The notes: generated by a model not told the origin, from the sequence alone. Positions 38,354 to 48,191 are shown, numbered from the stretch's first letter. The stretch is DNA of 64,000 nucleotides from Bdellovibrio sp. (GCA_036677065.1 JAKFBS010000001.1:384001-448000); one strand, 5' to 3'. Made by a program: numbers and translations.

Positions 38354-40428
38354 GCGGCACCTTCTTCTTGTTTTTGTAACTTAATTGGTAAAATAATTTT
38401 AAAAGTTGTTTCTTTAAATGGGGTTGAGGCAACAAATTCAATATCGCCCCCGTGCGCGCGGATAAAACGGCGGCTAATGCCTAAGCCTAAGCCTGTGCCT
38501 TCATCTGCGGATTTAGTTGTAAACTGTTTTTGAAATAACAGCGCCTGATGTTCATCAGAGATACCGCTGCCGTTGTCGCTCATTAATATAATGACATTTT
38601 CATCAGTAATTTCAGTTGAAAGTTTTAGTTGGTATTTTTGCTGTTTATCTAACATTGCCTGCAGTGAATTGCGCATTAAATTGGTCATCGCCTGAATAAA
38701 TTCATCACGATCCAGCGAAACTTCGTCATCACCTGATGCATATGTTTCTACAACATCGATATTTTGCTGCATAAATAGATCAGCCATAATGTTTTTACAG
38801 TCGATCAGAAGTTTTTTTGCAGAATAAGTTTTAATATCAGAATTTAAACGGCTTAATTTTCTCATGCCGTCGACGATCTTTCCGATGCGGCGGCTTTCAT
38901 TAATTAAAAACTGAATATCGGAATCGATAGTTTGGGTTAATTCGCCAAATGAAGCTTGTACTGAATCTAAATTATGCATGTCTTCTTGCCATAAACTCCA
39001 AGTCTGATCGACTTGCGAGGGTTGTTGCCAGGCGGCTATTAAGGCTTCAAAACCACCACTATTGTGGTCGTTTTTCCAACTGGCAAAAATGTCTTTCATT
39101 AAATTTAATTGCGGTTCAACCTGATTTTTCACACGTTTTTCCACACCACTTAAACGGGCTAAAATTCCAGTTAGCGGATTTAAAACGTCATGCGCGGCAC
39201 GACCGGCAATTTCACCGGCAGACGCCAGGCGAGTAGTTTTGAGTAAGGCCTCTTGAGCCTCTTTGACGGCCTGATTTTGGATCTCTAATTGATGAGTACG
39301 GTCTTTTACTTTTTGATCTAATTCGCGATTGATTTCTTGTAACTCATCACGCGATTGTTTTAATTCAGTGATCATCTGATTAAACGAGGTAGCTAACATG
39401 CGTGTTTCATCTGTGGTATTTACTTTAATTTGCGTCGATAAATCGCCGGTAGCTACTTTTTCCATTCCGCGAACTAAAATTGAAATGGGCTCTGTTAACG
39501 AACGTGATAATAAAAATGCGAATAATAGTGATAACGTAATTACAATCAGGGCAAATGATAATGAGCGCGAAACTAATTCATAAACTGCAGAAAAGGCGTG
39601 GTCTTTAGAAACCTTTGAAAGAATAATGATTTGCCCTTGGTAAGTTTTCGCAAAAGCTCCTAAAAATTCTTTACCGTCATCTTTAGTTGCGGCCACGCTT
39701 AAATTAACTTTTGCTTCTTTGGCTTTTTGAAACAACGCCGTGTGGTTTAAACTTTTGGCTTGTTTCATCCAGTCAAAATTTGAATGTAATAAAATTTTAC
39801 CTTCGTGATCGATGACTGAAACTTCACTTAGTTTTACAACGTTTAAAATTTTTAAAATTTTATCGGCCTGAATGTAACCAACAACAGCTAAGTGATCAGT
39901 GGGAATGCCTTTGCTGTTTTCAATAACAACGTTACGGCCGTAACCAATAAGCGGAGTTCCGCCTTCGATAGACGCATTCCAAAAATATTCGCCATTTTTC
40001 AAAATTTCTGTAAATGGTATTGGGCGTGCAGCTAAAACCGTTTTATCAAAAAAATCAGCATCTAAGCCATACGTTTCAGCATACTTTTTATCACTGTAAC
40101 TTTTGATCGCTAAACTTTGTTCTTGGCGATATAGCGAAGCAAATACCACAGACGAATTTTCGCCAAAAACTTGTTCTGCATAATTTTTTGTCGTTGAATT
40201 AGTTGATAACGTTGCGAATAGACGAAATTTATCTGACACACCTTTAAATTCAGTTTCGATCTCTGCCGCTAAATTCGAAACCATGCTGCGATTTAGATCA
40301 AACACGAGTTCAGTTTTATCGGTCTTGAAAACTTCTACGGCGATTAATAAATATACGACAAGGCAAGTCACAAGCAACGCGCTCATAACACCTAAGAATT
40401 TAAATCGTATTGAAAAAAAGCCCTTCAT
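38350..40428 (-). CDS. Membrane sensor histidine kinase (Cache-like, HAMP, HisKA, HATPase)
   Basis: Two TM segments flanking a large periplasmic domain, HAMP, AHDVLNPL, DNGSGI, GTGLGL; start 40428 after GGAG (alternative 40449). Confidence 0.9.
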   Translation of the reverse strand: MKGFFSIRFKFLGVMSALLVTCLVVYLLIAVEVFKTDKTELVFDLNRSMVSNLAAEIETEFKGVSDKFRLFATLSTNSTTKNYAEQVFGENSSVVFASLYRQEQSLAIKSYSDKKYAETYGLDADFFDKTVLAARPIPFTEILKNGEYFWNASIEGGTPLIGYGRNVVIENSKGIPTDHLAVVGYIQADKILKILNVVKLSEVSVIDHEGKILLHSNFDWMKQAKSLNHTALFQKAKEAKVNLSVAATKDDGKEFLGAFAKTYQGQIIILSKVSKDHAFSAVYELVSRSLSFALIVITLSLLFAFLLSRSLTEPISILVRGMEKVATGDLSTQIKVNTTDETRMLATSFNQMITELKQSRDELQEINRELDQKVKDRTHQLEIQNQAVKEAQEALLKTTRLASAGEIAGRAAHDVLNPLTGILARLSGVEKRVKNQVEPQLNLMKDIFASWKNDHNSGGFEALIAAWQQPSQVDQTWSLWQEDMHNLDSVQASFGELTQTIDSDIQFLINESRRIGKIVDGMRKLSRLNSDIKTYSAKKLLIDCKNIMADLFMQQNIDVVETYASGDDEVSLDRDEFIQAMTNLMRNSLQAMLDKQQKYQLKLSTEITDENVIILMSDNGSGISDEHQALLFQKQFTTKSADEGTGLGLGISRRFIRAHGGDIEFVASTPFKETTFKIILPIKLQKQEEGAA

Positions 40429-40452
40429 TTTTACTCCGTAAAAGACCATTAC

Positions 40453-40480
40453 TTATCGGCCAAGCTAATGTATTTACTTA
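40453..40480 (-). promoter_or_regulatory. sigma28 (FliA)-like promoter
   Basis: Minus strand TAAG-N16-GCCGATAA. Confidence 0.65.
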
Positions 40481-40522
40481 GAAAAAATGCGAACTTTCGA
40501 ATTTTACGAGAGTGAAACTAGA

Positions 40523-41689
40523 CTAGCGTGGAGTTTTGAAAGCACTTTCGTCGCTGATCGCACTTTGGCCACCAGGTGTCGTCGATAAGGCTTTAACGCC
40601 ATAAAGCGTATTAGGTGCTAATCCAGTGATCGTCATCGAATGAGTCTGGACCAAGGTCGCATCGACTGCGGTCGTTCCTGATACACCGGTGCCGATGTTT
40701 TTATACCAGCTTTGGCTAGTTGACGGAATATTCGTGGTCCAGTTCAATGTCGCGCGATCACGTAAAACGTTAGAAATTGTAAAACTTGTGATCGCTAGAG
40801 GTTCTTCGTCGGCCACACAAGGATTAACTTCTTCGTTAGGAAAATTGTAATTCGTATTTCCTAAAACTTTCCAATCACGCGAGAGTAATTCATAAAAAGG
40901 AGCTTTAGCTTCAACTGGATCTTTTGTTGAATCAAAAAATAAACTATTTCCAGAGCTTCCGCAGTAGGGATCATTAACAGCATTCGTATTACTTACGCCA
41001 TCGGGCCACGGGCGCCACATACTCACTAAAGAAATATGATATCTCGGGCCTTGATAATATTGCATGATCATCGGAATTTTTGTGTTGTGATCTAAATACA
41101 CAGGCTCAGTTGCGCAAGCCATTTTCGTTGCATGAGTTCCATCATTGTTAACGATCGTTTTATAACCACCATTGCCATCCGGAATTTTTAACAGCGCACC
41201 ATCATCGGCAAGTACGGCCAGTTGGTAATAGCCAGCAGGCTCTTCCGGAGATAATTGTAATTGCGATTCGATATGCATACCAAAGTATTCATATAAAGTA
41301 TTACCATTGGTATTGGTGACTAAAGTTCCTGATTGTGTGTAAAACCCGCGATCAAATGGGCGGGTCGGAATATACAAACGATCTAAATAAATATTAGCTT
41401 CAGCAATGTGAGCATTGGCCATGAAATCCGCGATATTGTTATAGCGGGGTTGATCATCAGATAAAAATAATAAATTACCAATTAACCCACGATCGCGTGC
41501 TTGTGGTGAATTTGTTTTAAAAGGGTCGCAGACAGTGCGTTCTGGATCAGACTGTGGAGTTGCATCAGGTTCTGAAACAACAGTACTGCCACTTTCTGTT
41601 CCAGTTCCAGACTCAGTTAAACATCCAGAAATAAAAAAGGTTGATAGTATGATCGATAAAATTGCTGTTAAACCGCGTAACGTACCCAT
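40523..41689 (-). CDS. Lipoprotein with PA14-like domain and C-terminal FN3 domain
   Basis: Lipobox ISGC; YQLAVLADDGA.L, NNDGTH, YYQGP (PA14-like); ATLNWTTN...H...ITGL.PNT.Y (FN3). Confidence 0.78.
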   Translation of the reverse strand: MGTLRGLTAILSIILSTFFISGCLTESGTGTESGSTVVSEPDATPQSDPERTVCDPFKTNSPQARDRGLIGNLLFLSDDQPRYNNIADFMANAHIAEANIYLDRLYIPTRPFDRGFYTQSGTLVTNTNGNTLYEYFGMHIESQLQLSPEEPAGYYQLAVLADDGALLKIPDGNGGYKTIVNNDGTHATKMACATEPVYLDHNTKIPMIMQYYQGPRYHISLVSMWRPWPDGVSNTNAVNDPYCGSSGNSLFFDSTKDPVEAKAPFYELLSRDWKVLGNTNYNFPNEEVNPCVADEEPLAITSFTISNVLRDRATLNWTTNIPSTSQSWYKNIGTGVSGTTAVDATLVQTHSMTITGLAPNTLYGVKALSTTPGGQSAISDESAFKTPR

Positions 41690-41822
41690 GCGATAATCTT
41701 AACAAAGGTGTAGAACTTGTGTGTAAAAATGCACGCCTTTCTCAACTTAGAACAAGGGGGTGTTTCAAACCTAGAAATCCAGACCTGACATTGTCTGATT
41801 TTAGCATACAATAAGATTCATC

Positions 41823-42569
41823 ATGAGAAAAGTTCTCGTCTTCCAGCATGTCGCCAATGAAATTTTAGGAACACTAAATCCTGCTTTGAAACAGCAGGGA
41901 TTAAATATTCGCTATGTTAATTTTGAACGTGATCCAAATGCAGCTCCCTCGGTCGAAAAATATAATGGCCTTATTGTTTTGGGAGGGCACATGGGAGTCT
42001 ATGAAGCAGACCAATACACCCATATCAAAACTGAAATAAAACTGATCGAGCAGGCGTTGAAAAAAAATATTCCAATTTTAGGAATATGTTTAGGCGCACA
42101 AATTTTAGCGCATGTCTTAGGTTCAGAAGTTCGTAAAAGCCCAGAAAAAGAAATGGGCTGGTATGATATCGAACTAACGACTGCGGGCGAAAACTCCCGG
42201 CTGTTATCGCATTTTAAAAAAACTGAAAAAATATTTCAGATGCACGGCGATACTTTTGATATTCCTAAATCTTGTGAACATTTGGCGGTATCAAAAATTT
42301 GCCCAGCGCAGGCTTTTAGTTACGGCACTAAGGTGTTTGGATTGCAATTTCATTTAGAAGTCGATGAAGCGATGATTTTGCGGTGGTTAAATAACCCGAA
42401 GAATCAGCAAGATATTTTACAATCCCAAGGAAAAGTGTCAGAAGCACAAATGCGTGCTGACACGGCTGTGTATTTGCAAAATTCGTTAAATTTAAGCCAG
42501 CAGACTTTCAATAAGTTTATTGAGTTATTTGCTCTGAAAGAGCGTCCCATCATTCTTAAATCAAAATAA
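41823..42569 (+). CDS. Type 1 glutamine amidotransferase family protein
   Basis: GICLGAQ nucleophile elbow, HGDTF, QFHLE. Confidence 0.93.
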   Translation: MRKVLVFQHVANEILGTLNPALKQQGLNIRYVNFERDPNAAPSVEKYNGLIVLGGHMGVYEADQYTHIKTEIKLIEQALKKNIPILGICLGAQILAHVLGSEVRKSPEKEMGWYDIELTTAGENSRLLSHFKKTEKIFQMHGDTFDIPKSCEHLAVSKICPAQAFSYGTKVFGLQFHLEVDEAMILRWLNNPKNQQDILQSQGKVSEAQMRADTAVYLQNSLNLSQQTFNKFIELFALKERPIILKSK

Positions 42570-43742
42570 TTAATGCATGTTAATAACAACTTTAATGCAG
42601 TCATCTTTTTGATCGTTAAACAGTTGATAGGCTTTGGGTGTGTCTTGTAAATTTATACGATGAGTGATCACGAATGATGGATCAATTTCACCCCGAATAA
42701 TTTTATTTAATAAAAGTGGCATATATTTTTGAGTGTGGGTTTGTCCCATTTTAAAAGTCAGGCCTTTGCCGAAAGCTGCACCAAAAGGCATTTTATCTAA
42801 AACACCGCCATACACACCAGGTATTGAAACCGTTCCGCCTTTTTTACAAGCTTGAATGGCTTGGCGTAAAGCATCGGGTCTGTCAGTGGCTAATCCTACA
42901 GCCATTTTTGCACGGTCTAACGTAGCTGTGATCGAATGACCATGAGCTTCCATACCAACAGCATCAATGCATGAATCTGGCCCCCGGCCACCAGTCAGAT
43001 AACTTAATTCATCAAGCACACTGTCTGTGTTTTCAAAATTAATCGTGTGAGCTTTACTTAATTGGGCCATTTCAAGTCGTTTATCAAAATGATCAATGGC
43101 AATAACCCGTTCTGCACCTAACATGTATGCACTTCGAATCGCCATTTGGGCCACTGGGCCTGCGCCCCATATAGCAACTGTATCGCCAGGCTTAATATTG
43201 CAATTTTCTGCAGCCATATAACCAGTTGGTAAAATATCACTTAAAAATAAAACTTTTTCGTCAGGAATACCTTCAGGGATCACTAATGAATTTGTATCGA
43301 CAAAGGGTACGCGTATATATTCAGCTTGTCCGCCGGCATAACCGCCATACATATGTGAATAACCAAATAAAGCAGCCCCTGAATGGCCATATAATTTATC
43401 TGCAAGATATGTATTTGGATTCGTGTTGTCGCAACTTGAGTACTCTTCAATTTCGCAATGATGACAGCGGCCACAGGCAATATCAAAAGGAATCACAATG
43501 CGATTACCAAGTTCAACTTTTTTAACTAACTTACCGACAGCGACAACTTCGCCCATGGTTTCATGGCCTAGAATGTCGCCTTTTTCCATTGTGGGAATCG
43601 TGCCATTATAAATATGTAAATCAGATCCACAAATGGCCGCACTGGTTACTTTGACGATCGCGTCGTGTGGATTAAGAATTTGTGGTTCTTTAACGTTACG
43701 TAAAGCGACTTCATGTTTTCCGAACCAGCATAACGCTTTCAT
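42570..43742 (-). CDS. Zn-dependent MDR dehydrogenase (formaldehyde dehydrogenase-like)
   Basis: CGSDLH, GHE, C..C..C......C, SDILPTG, GAGPV. Confidence 0.92.
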   Translation of the reverse strand: MKALCWFGKHEVALRNVKEPQILNPHDAIVKVTSAAICGSDLHIYNGTIPTMEKGDILGHETMGEVVAVGKLVKKVELGNRIVIPFDIACGRCHHCEIEEYSSCDNTNPNTYLADKLYGHSGAALFGYSHMYGGYAGGQAEYIRVPFVDTNSLVIPEGIPDEKVLFLSDILPTGYMAAENCNIKPGDTVAIWGAGPVAQMAIRSAYMLGAERVIAIDHFDKRLEMAQLSKAHTINFENTDSVLDELSYLTGGRGPDSCIDAVGMEAHGHSITATLDRAKMAVGLATDRPDALRQAIQACKKGGTVSIPGVYGGVLDKMPFGAAFGKGLTFKMGQTHTQKYMPLLLNKIIRGEIDPSFVITHRINLQDTPKAYQLFNDQKDDCIKVVINMH

Positions 43743-43750
43743 ATTAACTC

Positions 43751-44329
43751 CTAGTGTTTCATTTCGGGCGCAAGGTCTTCTTCGCGACCAGACGGCTGAC
43801 CTTTGGTTGTCGGAACTTCGCCGGTTTCTAAATAAGCTTTTAATCGGGTCAGATTTGTTAACATAATCGAATCGGGATCTTCACCGACTAATTGCGTAGC
43901 GATTTTTCCAATTTTTCCGGCAGGAATCGTATAAGCCATATGTAAACGAACAATCGTTCCGTATTCTTGGGGGGCTTTAGTAAACCAAATGGTTCCGGCT
44001 TGTTGCACTTCGGTTTTTCCGACAGTTTTCCAAGAAAGCATTTCTGCATATTTTTCTTCGATGATTTCAGCATCCCATTCTACTTTGGGTCCGTGTTCAA
44101 GTTGAACAACCCAATGAGACATCGTTTCTGAATGCACGGTCAAAGAAACTAAATCTTTCATAAAATAAGGTAAATTTCCGAAATTACGAAAAAAAGTATA
44201 AATTTCAGCCGGCGATTTTTTAATCGTGATAGAACGATGAATTTTTTCTTCATCTTTTAATTTGCGCGCCATAAGAGCATTACTATCGTATTTGGTGCGC
44301 TCTGTTTTTAGCTGATTGGTGTTCTGCAT
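43751..44329 (-). CDS. SRPBCC/cyclase family protein
   Basis: SITI...[36 protein letters not shown]. Confidence 0.9.
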   Translation of the reverse strand: MQNTNQLKTERTKYDSNALMARKLKDEEKIHRSITIKKSPAEIYTFFRNFGNLPYFMKDLVSLTVHSETMSHWVVQLEHGPKVEWDAEIIEEKYAEMLSWKTVGKTEVQQAGTIWFTKAPQEYGTIVRLHMAYTIPAGKIGKIATQLVGEDPDSIMLTNLTRLKAYLETGEVPTTKGQPSGREEDLAPEMKH

Positions 44330-44339
44330 GTTTAATCCT

Positions 44340-45944
44340 TTAAATAATTGGAACGTCAGTCACACGTGGATATTGTTTTTCGACAGGAATAAAATCAGGC
44401 TCGATAAATTCGTCGCTGTCTAATTTTTTAAGATTTTGCACGGCAGGACCTTCTAAAACTTTTCCATAACAATCAAATCGCGAACCATGGCAAGGACAAT
44501 CCCAGGATTTTTCGACGTTATTCCATGAGACAACGCCCCCCAGATGGGGACAAGCGGCTGACATGTAGTGCGCAACACCTGATTGGTTTTTATAAACGGC
44601 CACCATACTCATACCATCGCGAAATACACTGCCTTCATTTATGCGCAAGTCATCTAGATCTGGTTTTGGACTAAATGAAAGCCATTTGCCGTATTGACCA
44701 GCCACATTTAAATTTTCTCTGAAGTAATTTGGTGTTGAAAGTAAACTAATTCGCGACGGATTATATAAATCCTCCCAAGGATTTTCTCGTTGCATGATTT
44801 GATCAGTCACAATCATTGCGCCAATCGTGCTATGGGTAATTCCGTTACCAGCATCACCGGTGATAACATACACATTGTCGCGATCAAGCGGGTTATGGCC
44901 TAAAAAGCCAATGCCATCAACCGGTTCCATGACTTGGCCCGACCAGCGATAAACCAAATTTACAATTGTTGAAAAACGCGCACGCGCCCATTCTTCAAGT
45001 TTTAAAAAGCTATGTTCCGGATGATTTTCTTGTCCGGTTTTGTGATCTTCGCCGCCAATAATTAATAAATCATATTTATCAGCCGCAATTTTTTCAAGCC
45101 GGATATAACGATAAGGATCGCTGGTATCCCAGTATAAACCTTTGGCCACGCTGTCTTTGATGACATGAAATCCGATAGCATAAGTGCGATAGGGAGCTTG
45201 TTTGGTGTGAATCGCAAATATATCATTTACCGGAGTATTAGTTGCGACTACAAGTGCTGAGCAAGTAACGATTGAGCCATTTTGAGTTTTAACAGCGGCA
45301 AAATCTCGATTATGAAATTCAATGGCATGTGTGTGTGTAAAAATTCTGCCGCCGCCTTCAATAATCGCGCGTGCAAGGCCTGCTAAATATTTTGCAGGGT
45401 TAAATTGCAACTGGCGTGGAAACGATAAGCAATGACCGGTTTTAAAATTTGTCAGCGGTGCATTTTCTAACATTTTTGCATAAATTAAACCAGCTCTGCG
45501 AACAGCATGATGTTCGCGCATCAGCACATCGCTTTCTGAATCGTCGCCTTGAAATAAATAACCGGTAAGACGTTCTAATTCGCATTCTATTTTTTCGCGA
45601 TTCACAATTTGTTCGATGCGATCAAGGGCAGCCGTGTGGCTTTGGGCGATTAAGCGTGTGCCTTCTTCGCTGTGATACATTTCTAAATCAAAATAGCGTG
45701 TGCCTAAGACACTTGAACCATGCGCGGTTGTTCGACCAGATTGGCCACTGCCAATTTCAAAACTTTCAAGCACGCAAACGGATTTTCCTTCTTTCATCAG
45801 CGAATACGCCGTTGTTAATCCGGCAAAGCCCCCTCCGACGATACAGACATCAACATTTAAGTTTTCTTTGAGCGGCTCAAAGGTTGGCATCTCAACGGTG
45901 TCTAACCATACGGACAAGCTTTCGCCAGGATGTAACTGATTCAT
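44340..45944 (-). CDS. FAD-dependent oxidoreductase with Rieske domain (YhfW-like)
   Basis: GGGFAG, GRTTAH, CPHLG...WDCPCHGSRF. Confidence 0.93.
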   Translation of the reverse strand: MNQLHPGESLSVWLDTVEMPTFEPLKENLNVDVCIVGGGFAGLTTAYSLMKEGKSVCVLESFEIGSGQSGRTTAHGSSVLGTRYFDLEMYHSEEGTRLIAQSHTAALDRIEQIVNREKIECELERLTGYLFQGDDSESDVLMREHHAVRRAGLIYAKMLENAPLTNFKTGHCLSFPRQLQFNPAKYLAGLARAIIEGGGRIFTHTHAIEFHNRDFAAVKTQNGSIVTCSALVVATNTPVNDIFAIHTKQAPYRTYAIGFHVIKDSVAKGLYWDTSDPYRYIRLEKIAADKYDLLIIGGEDHKTGQENHPEHSFLKLEEWARARFSTIVNLVYRWSGQVMEPVDGIGFLGHNPLDRDNVYVITGDAGNGITHSTIGAMIVTDQIMQRENPWEDLYNPSRISLLSTPNYFRENLNVAGQYGKWLSFSPKPDLDDLRINEGSVFRDGMSMVAVYKNQSGVAHYMSAACPHLGGVVSWNNVEKSWDCPCHGSRFDCYGKVLEGPAVQNLKKLDSDEFIEPDFIPVEKQYPRVTDVPII

Positions 45945-45997
45945 AAAATTCCTTTTTTATTCAAACATTATTTTTTTACGGCTTAGGCTAAGCGTTT

Positions 45998-46063
45998 TGC
46001 AAAACTTGTTCCCGCGCAGATAAGGTCGCCATCGGGGAATTTTGCCTAGGAATATTTTTTGCT
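45998..46063. promoter_or_regulatory. Divergent pair of sigma54-like -24/-12 motifs
   Basis: Minus 45998-46013 GGGAACaagttTTGCA; plus 46048-46063 AGGAATattttTTGCT. Confidence 0.5.
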
Positions 46064-46100
46064 AAATAAGAAAGGGTTAATACTTTACGAAAGGCTTTTT

Positions 46101-46610
46101 ATGAAAAATGAATTAAAAAAATCTCCGACCGAAGATCTGCGTGTCATTGGCGAGATTATTGATAGCGCAGGCATTTGCATGTTGACCACACACAATCATG
46201 CCGGCGGGCTTTGTAGCCGGCCAATGTATACGCAAGAGCTTGATGAAAATGGCAATATCTGGTTTTTTACGTCTTCAGGTTCACATCTTGTTTCAGAAAT
46301 TAGAAACAATCATCAGGTTCATCTTACGTACACGGCCGGAAAAGAAAAATTTGTCGCAGCCTCTGCACTGGCTCACGAGGTTTTTGATCGCGCGCGTATG
46401 ATTCAGTTATGGACACCAATGATGAAGGCTTGGTTTCCCCAAGGTATTGAAACACCAGATTTAGTTTTATTACGTTTAGAATTACAAGACGTTGAATATT
46501 GGGATGCTCCAAGTTCACCGGTGGTTAAAGTGGCGGGATTTTTTAAATCTATGGTCAGTAATGAACCGTACAAACCAGCTCACCACGAGAAAGTAAATTT
46601 ACATCACTAG
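46101..46610 (+). CDS. General stress protein 26 / PNPOx-like FMN-binding protein
   Basis: CMLTT...SRPM..Q...G.IWFFT, W.P..KAWFP.G, EYWD. Confidence 0.9.
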   Translation: MKNELKKSPTEDLRVIGEIIDSAGICMLTTHNHAGGLCSRPMYTQELDENGNIWFFTSSGSHLVSEIRNNHQVHLTYTAGKEKFVAASALAHEVFDRARMIQLWTPMMKAWFPQGIETPDLVLLRLELQDVEYWDAPSSPVVKVAGFFKSMVSNEPYKPAHHEKVNLHH

Positions 46611-46634
46611 ATATTGCTGCGGCTTCGCCAAGAG

Positions 46635-46901
46635 TTACGGTGTTAGGTTTTGAATTTTTTCCTGAATAGGACGATCAATCATGAAATGCCCTTGCGTTTT
46701 GGCGCAATGGGCACAGCAGTAAAATTCTCCCTCGGCTTCAACACCATGGCCGATAATTAAAGTATTACAGCACGAACAATGTGGAGCTAGTTTTGAAATG
46801 GCGCATTCAAAACAATCAAATACATGCTCTTCGCCATTCATTTTTACCGTAAAAGCTTTGTCATAGTTGTTGCCGCATTTTTCGCAAGTTTGCATTTCCA
46901 T
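46635..46901 (-). CDS. Cys-rich metallothionein-like protein
   Basis: 88 aa, 10 Cys: CEKCGN.YDKAF, FDCFECAI..LAP.C..C, IIGHGVE, YCCAHCA. Confidence 0.8.
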   Translation of the reverse strand: MEMQTCEKCGNNYDKAFTVKMNGEEHVFDCFECAISKLAPHCSCCNTLIIGHGVEAEGEFYCCAHCAKTQGHFMIDRPIQEKIQNLTP

Positions 46902-46913
46902 GGTATTCCTTTT

Positions 46914-47423
46914 TTATCTAACGGTTGATTTAATGACTCCGCAAGCTATGCGTGGCGCTGATTTTTTAGTTTTGTCGTCAGGCCCAGCGTGCACAATGAT
47001 GGCCCGGTCAGTAATGCTATAAGTACCGCTGACAGCGCCGCTAATTGATAATTGTGAAACTGAAAAACTGCCTTCAGCAGAGCCAGTTTTATTACTGCTA
47101 ATTTGTGGAAGATCGCCGGCGTATAAATCAGGAAAATCCAATGAGGTGCCATGGCCTTCGTGGCCAGGCAGCTTAGCATAGTGGCCACCGGCAGATTTGC
47201 CATCTACAGATGAACAATCTGGTTTTTCATGAATGTGTAAACCAAATTTTTTTTTGTTAGGTAAGTTTTTAATTTTATAGATAACGTTAAGCTTGTCTCC
47301 GTCCTGAACAAAATCAATTTGTCCCGAGACTTGCGATCCATTTTTAGGTTGTAATTCGGCAGTCAATTTTTCACTAATGGTTGGCGCGGCGAAGGCTAAG
47401 GTCGCAATTAGAAATATTGTCAT
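46914..47423 (-). CDS. sodC: Cu/Zn superoxide dismutase
   Basis: GLHIHE, C.S..SAGGHY, AGDLP, IVHAG.DD, RIACGVI. Confidence 0.9.
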   Translation of the reverse strand: MTIFLIATLAFAAPTISEKLTAELQPKNGSQVSGQIDFVQDGDKLNVIYKIKNLPNKKKFGLHIHEKPDCSSVDGKSAGGHYAKLPGHEGHGTSLDFPDLYAGDLPQISSNKTGSAEGSFSVSQLSISGAVSGTYSITDRAIIVHAGPDDKTKKSAPRIACGVIKSTVR

Positions 47424-47432
47424 GGGTCCTCT

Positions 47433-47479
47433 AAAAAATAAAAAAAAGACCAGATACTAGACATCTCGTATCAGGCCTT
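47433..47479 (-). terminator. Intrinsic terminator immediately upstream of sodC
   Basis: Minus strand AAGGCC-T-GATAC..AGA-TG-TCT..GTATC-T-GGTCTT followed by TTTTTTATTTTTT. Confidence 0.6.
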
Positions 47480-47604
47480 TCGCGGTTACTATGAGTATCA
47501 GTCATTGTAGTCGCGATTGTCTCTGCGAGGCATTAATTGCATTATTTTCGACAAGCGAATTAATGAATTTCTGCCCTCCATGTCACATTGACAAAATTAG
47601 ATAT

Positions 47605-47620
47605 TGCAGAGGTTGTGCCA
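47605..47620 (-). promoter_or_regulatory. sigma54 -24/-12 promoter
   Basis: Minus strand TGGCACaacctCTGCA. Confidence 0.65.
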
Positions 47621-47655
47621 GTACCAGAAGAAAATTAAGTGAATTTAAAGTGGGT

Positions 47656-47735
47656 AAAAAAGAAATCGCCCCGTGGGTGGGGGCGATTTGATCACGCGAA
47701 CTCAGAGATAGCTAAGTTGCCTTAGCTATCTCTGA
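47656..47735 (-). terminator. Two tandem hairpins downstream of the 64-aa ORF
   Basis: 15-bp stem tcagagatagctaag/cttagctatctctga (47702-47735) and aaatcgcccc/ggggcgattt (47663-47689) with a T-run on the minus strand. Confidence 0.75.
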
Positions 47736-47754
47736 AACTGCAGTGAATTAAATT

Positions 47755-47949
47755 TTAGATAGGCGCTGGTAATCGGCGACGCTGATTGCGCTCTTTAAGC
47801 TTATTAAAAAAATTAATATCGCCAGATAATAGTTTGCGTGTGTTTTCAACCAAAACATTGCGAACTTGCAAAGGTGATTTTTTGTTTTTCGTTTTGCGCG
47901 TAACAGCTTTTGCGCGACGTTTTAAAATATTTTGAGCCATTTTCTTCAT
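47755..47949 (-). CDS. Small very basic hypothetical protein
   Basis: 64 aa, K/R-rich; strong TAAGGAG RBS, upstream sigma54 motif, downstream terminator. Confidence 0.7.
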   Translation of the reverse strand: MKKMAQNILKRRAKAVTRKTKNKKSPLQVRNVLVENTRKLLSGDINFFNKLKERNQRRRLPAPI

Positions 47950-47994
47950 AAGCTTTCTCCTTACTCAGTCGATCAGTTTGATGTTTTTGAGAGG

Positions 47995-48010
47995 AGCAAA
48001 CAATATGCCG
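47995..48010 (-). promoter_or_regulatory. sigma54 -24/-12 promoter
   Basis: Minus strand CGGCATattgtTTGCT. Confidence 0.7.
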
Positions 48011-48112
48011 CATGCGGGTTTTGTAATTCTTGTTCAGACTTCCAGCAAAAACTGTCCGTATCAAAAAATCTTAACCGAAAATAGCCTAAATAATAGGATG
48101 TTTAAATTATAC

Positions 48113-48151
48113 GGGGAATAATTCTACTTTTTTCTTGGGGAAATTTTCTAC
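48113..48151. promoter_or_regulatory. Tandem repeat, candidate enhancer (UAS) sites
   Basis: GGGGAAtaaTTCTAC (48113) and GGGGAAattTTCTAC (48137). Confidence 0.5.
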
Positions 48152-48191
48152 GTATGTTACACGTTCACTAAATAAGAGGGGATTTATAAGC

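Noticed and set aside
41739..41805. Recurrent short TCTNA..TNAGA-like palindromes (also near 60890 and 63820)
   Set aside because: Spacing and sequence are too variable in AT-rich DNA to support a motif without statistics
47491..48064. ORFs 47491-47691 (+) and 47846-48064 (-)
   Set aside because: They run across promoter and terminator elements and lack an RBS; the 47755-47949 frame has the better signals
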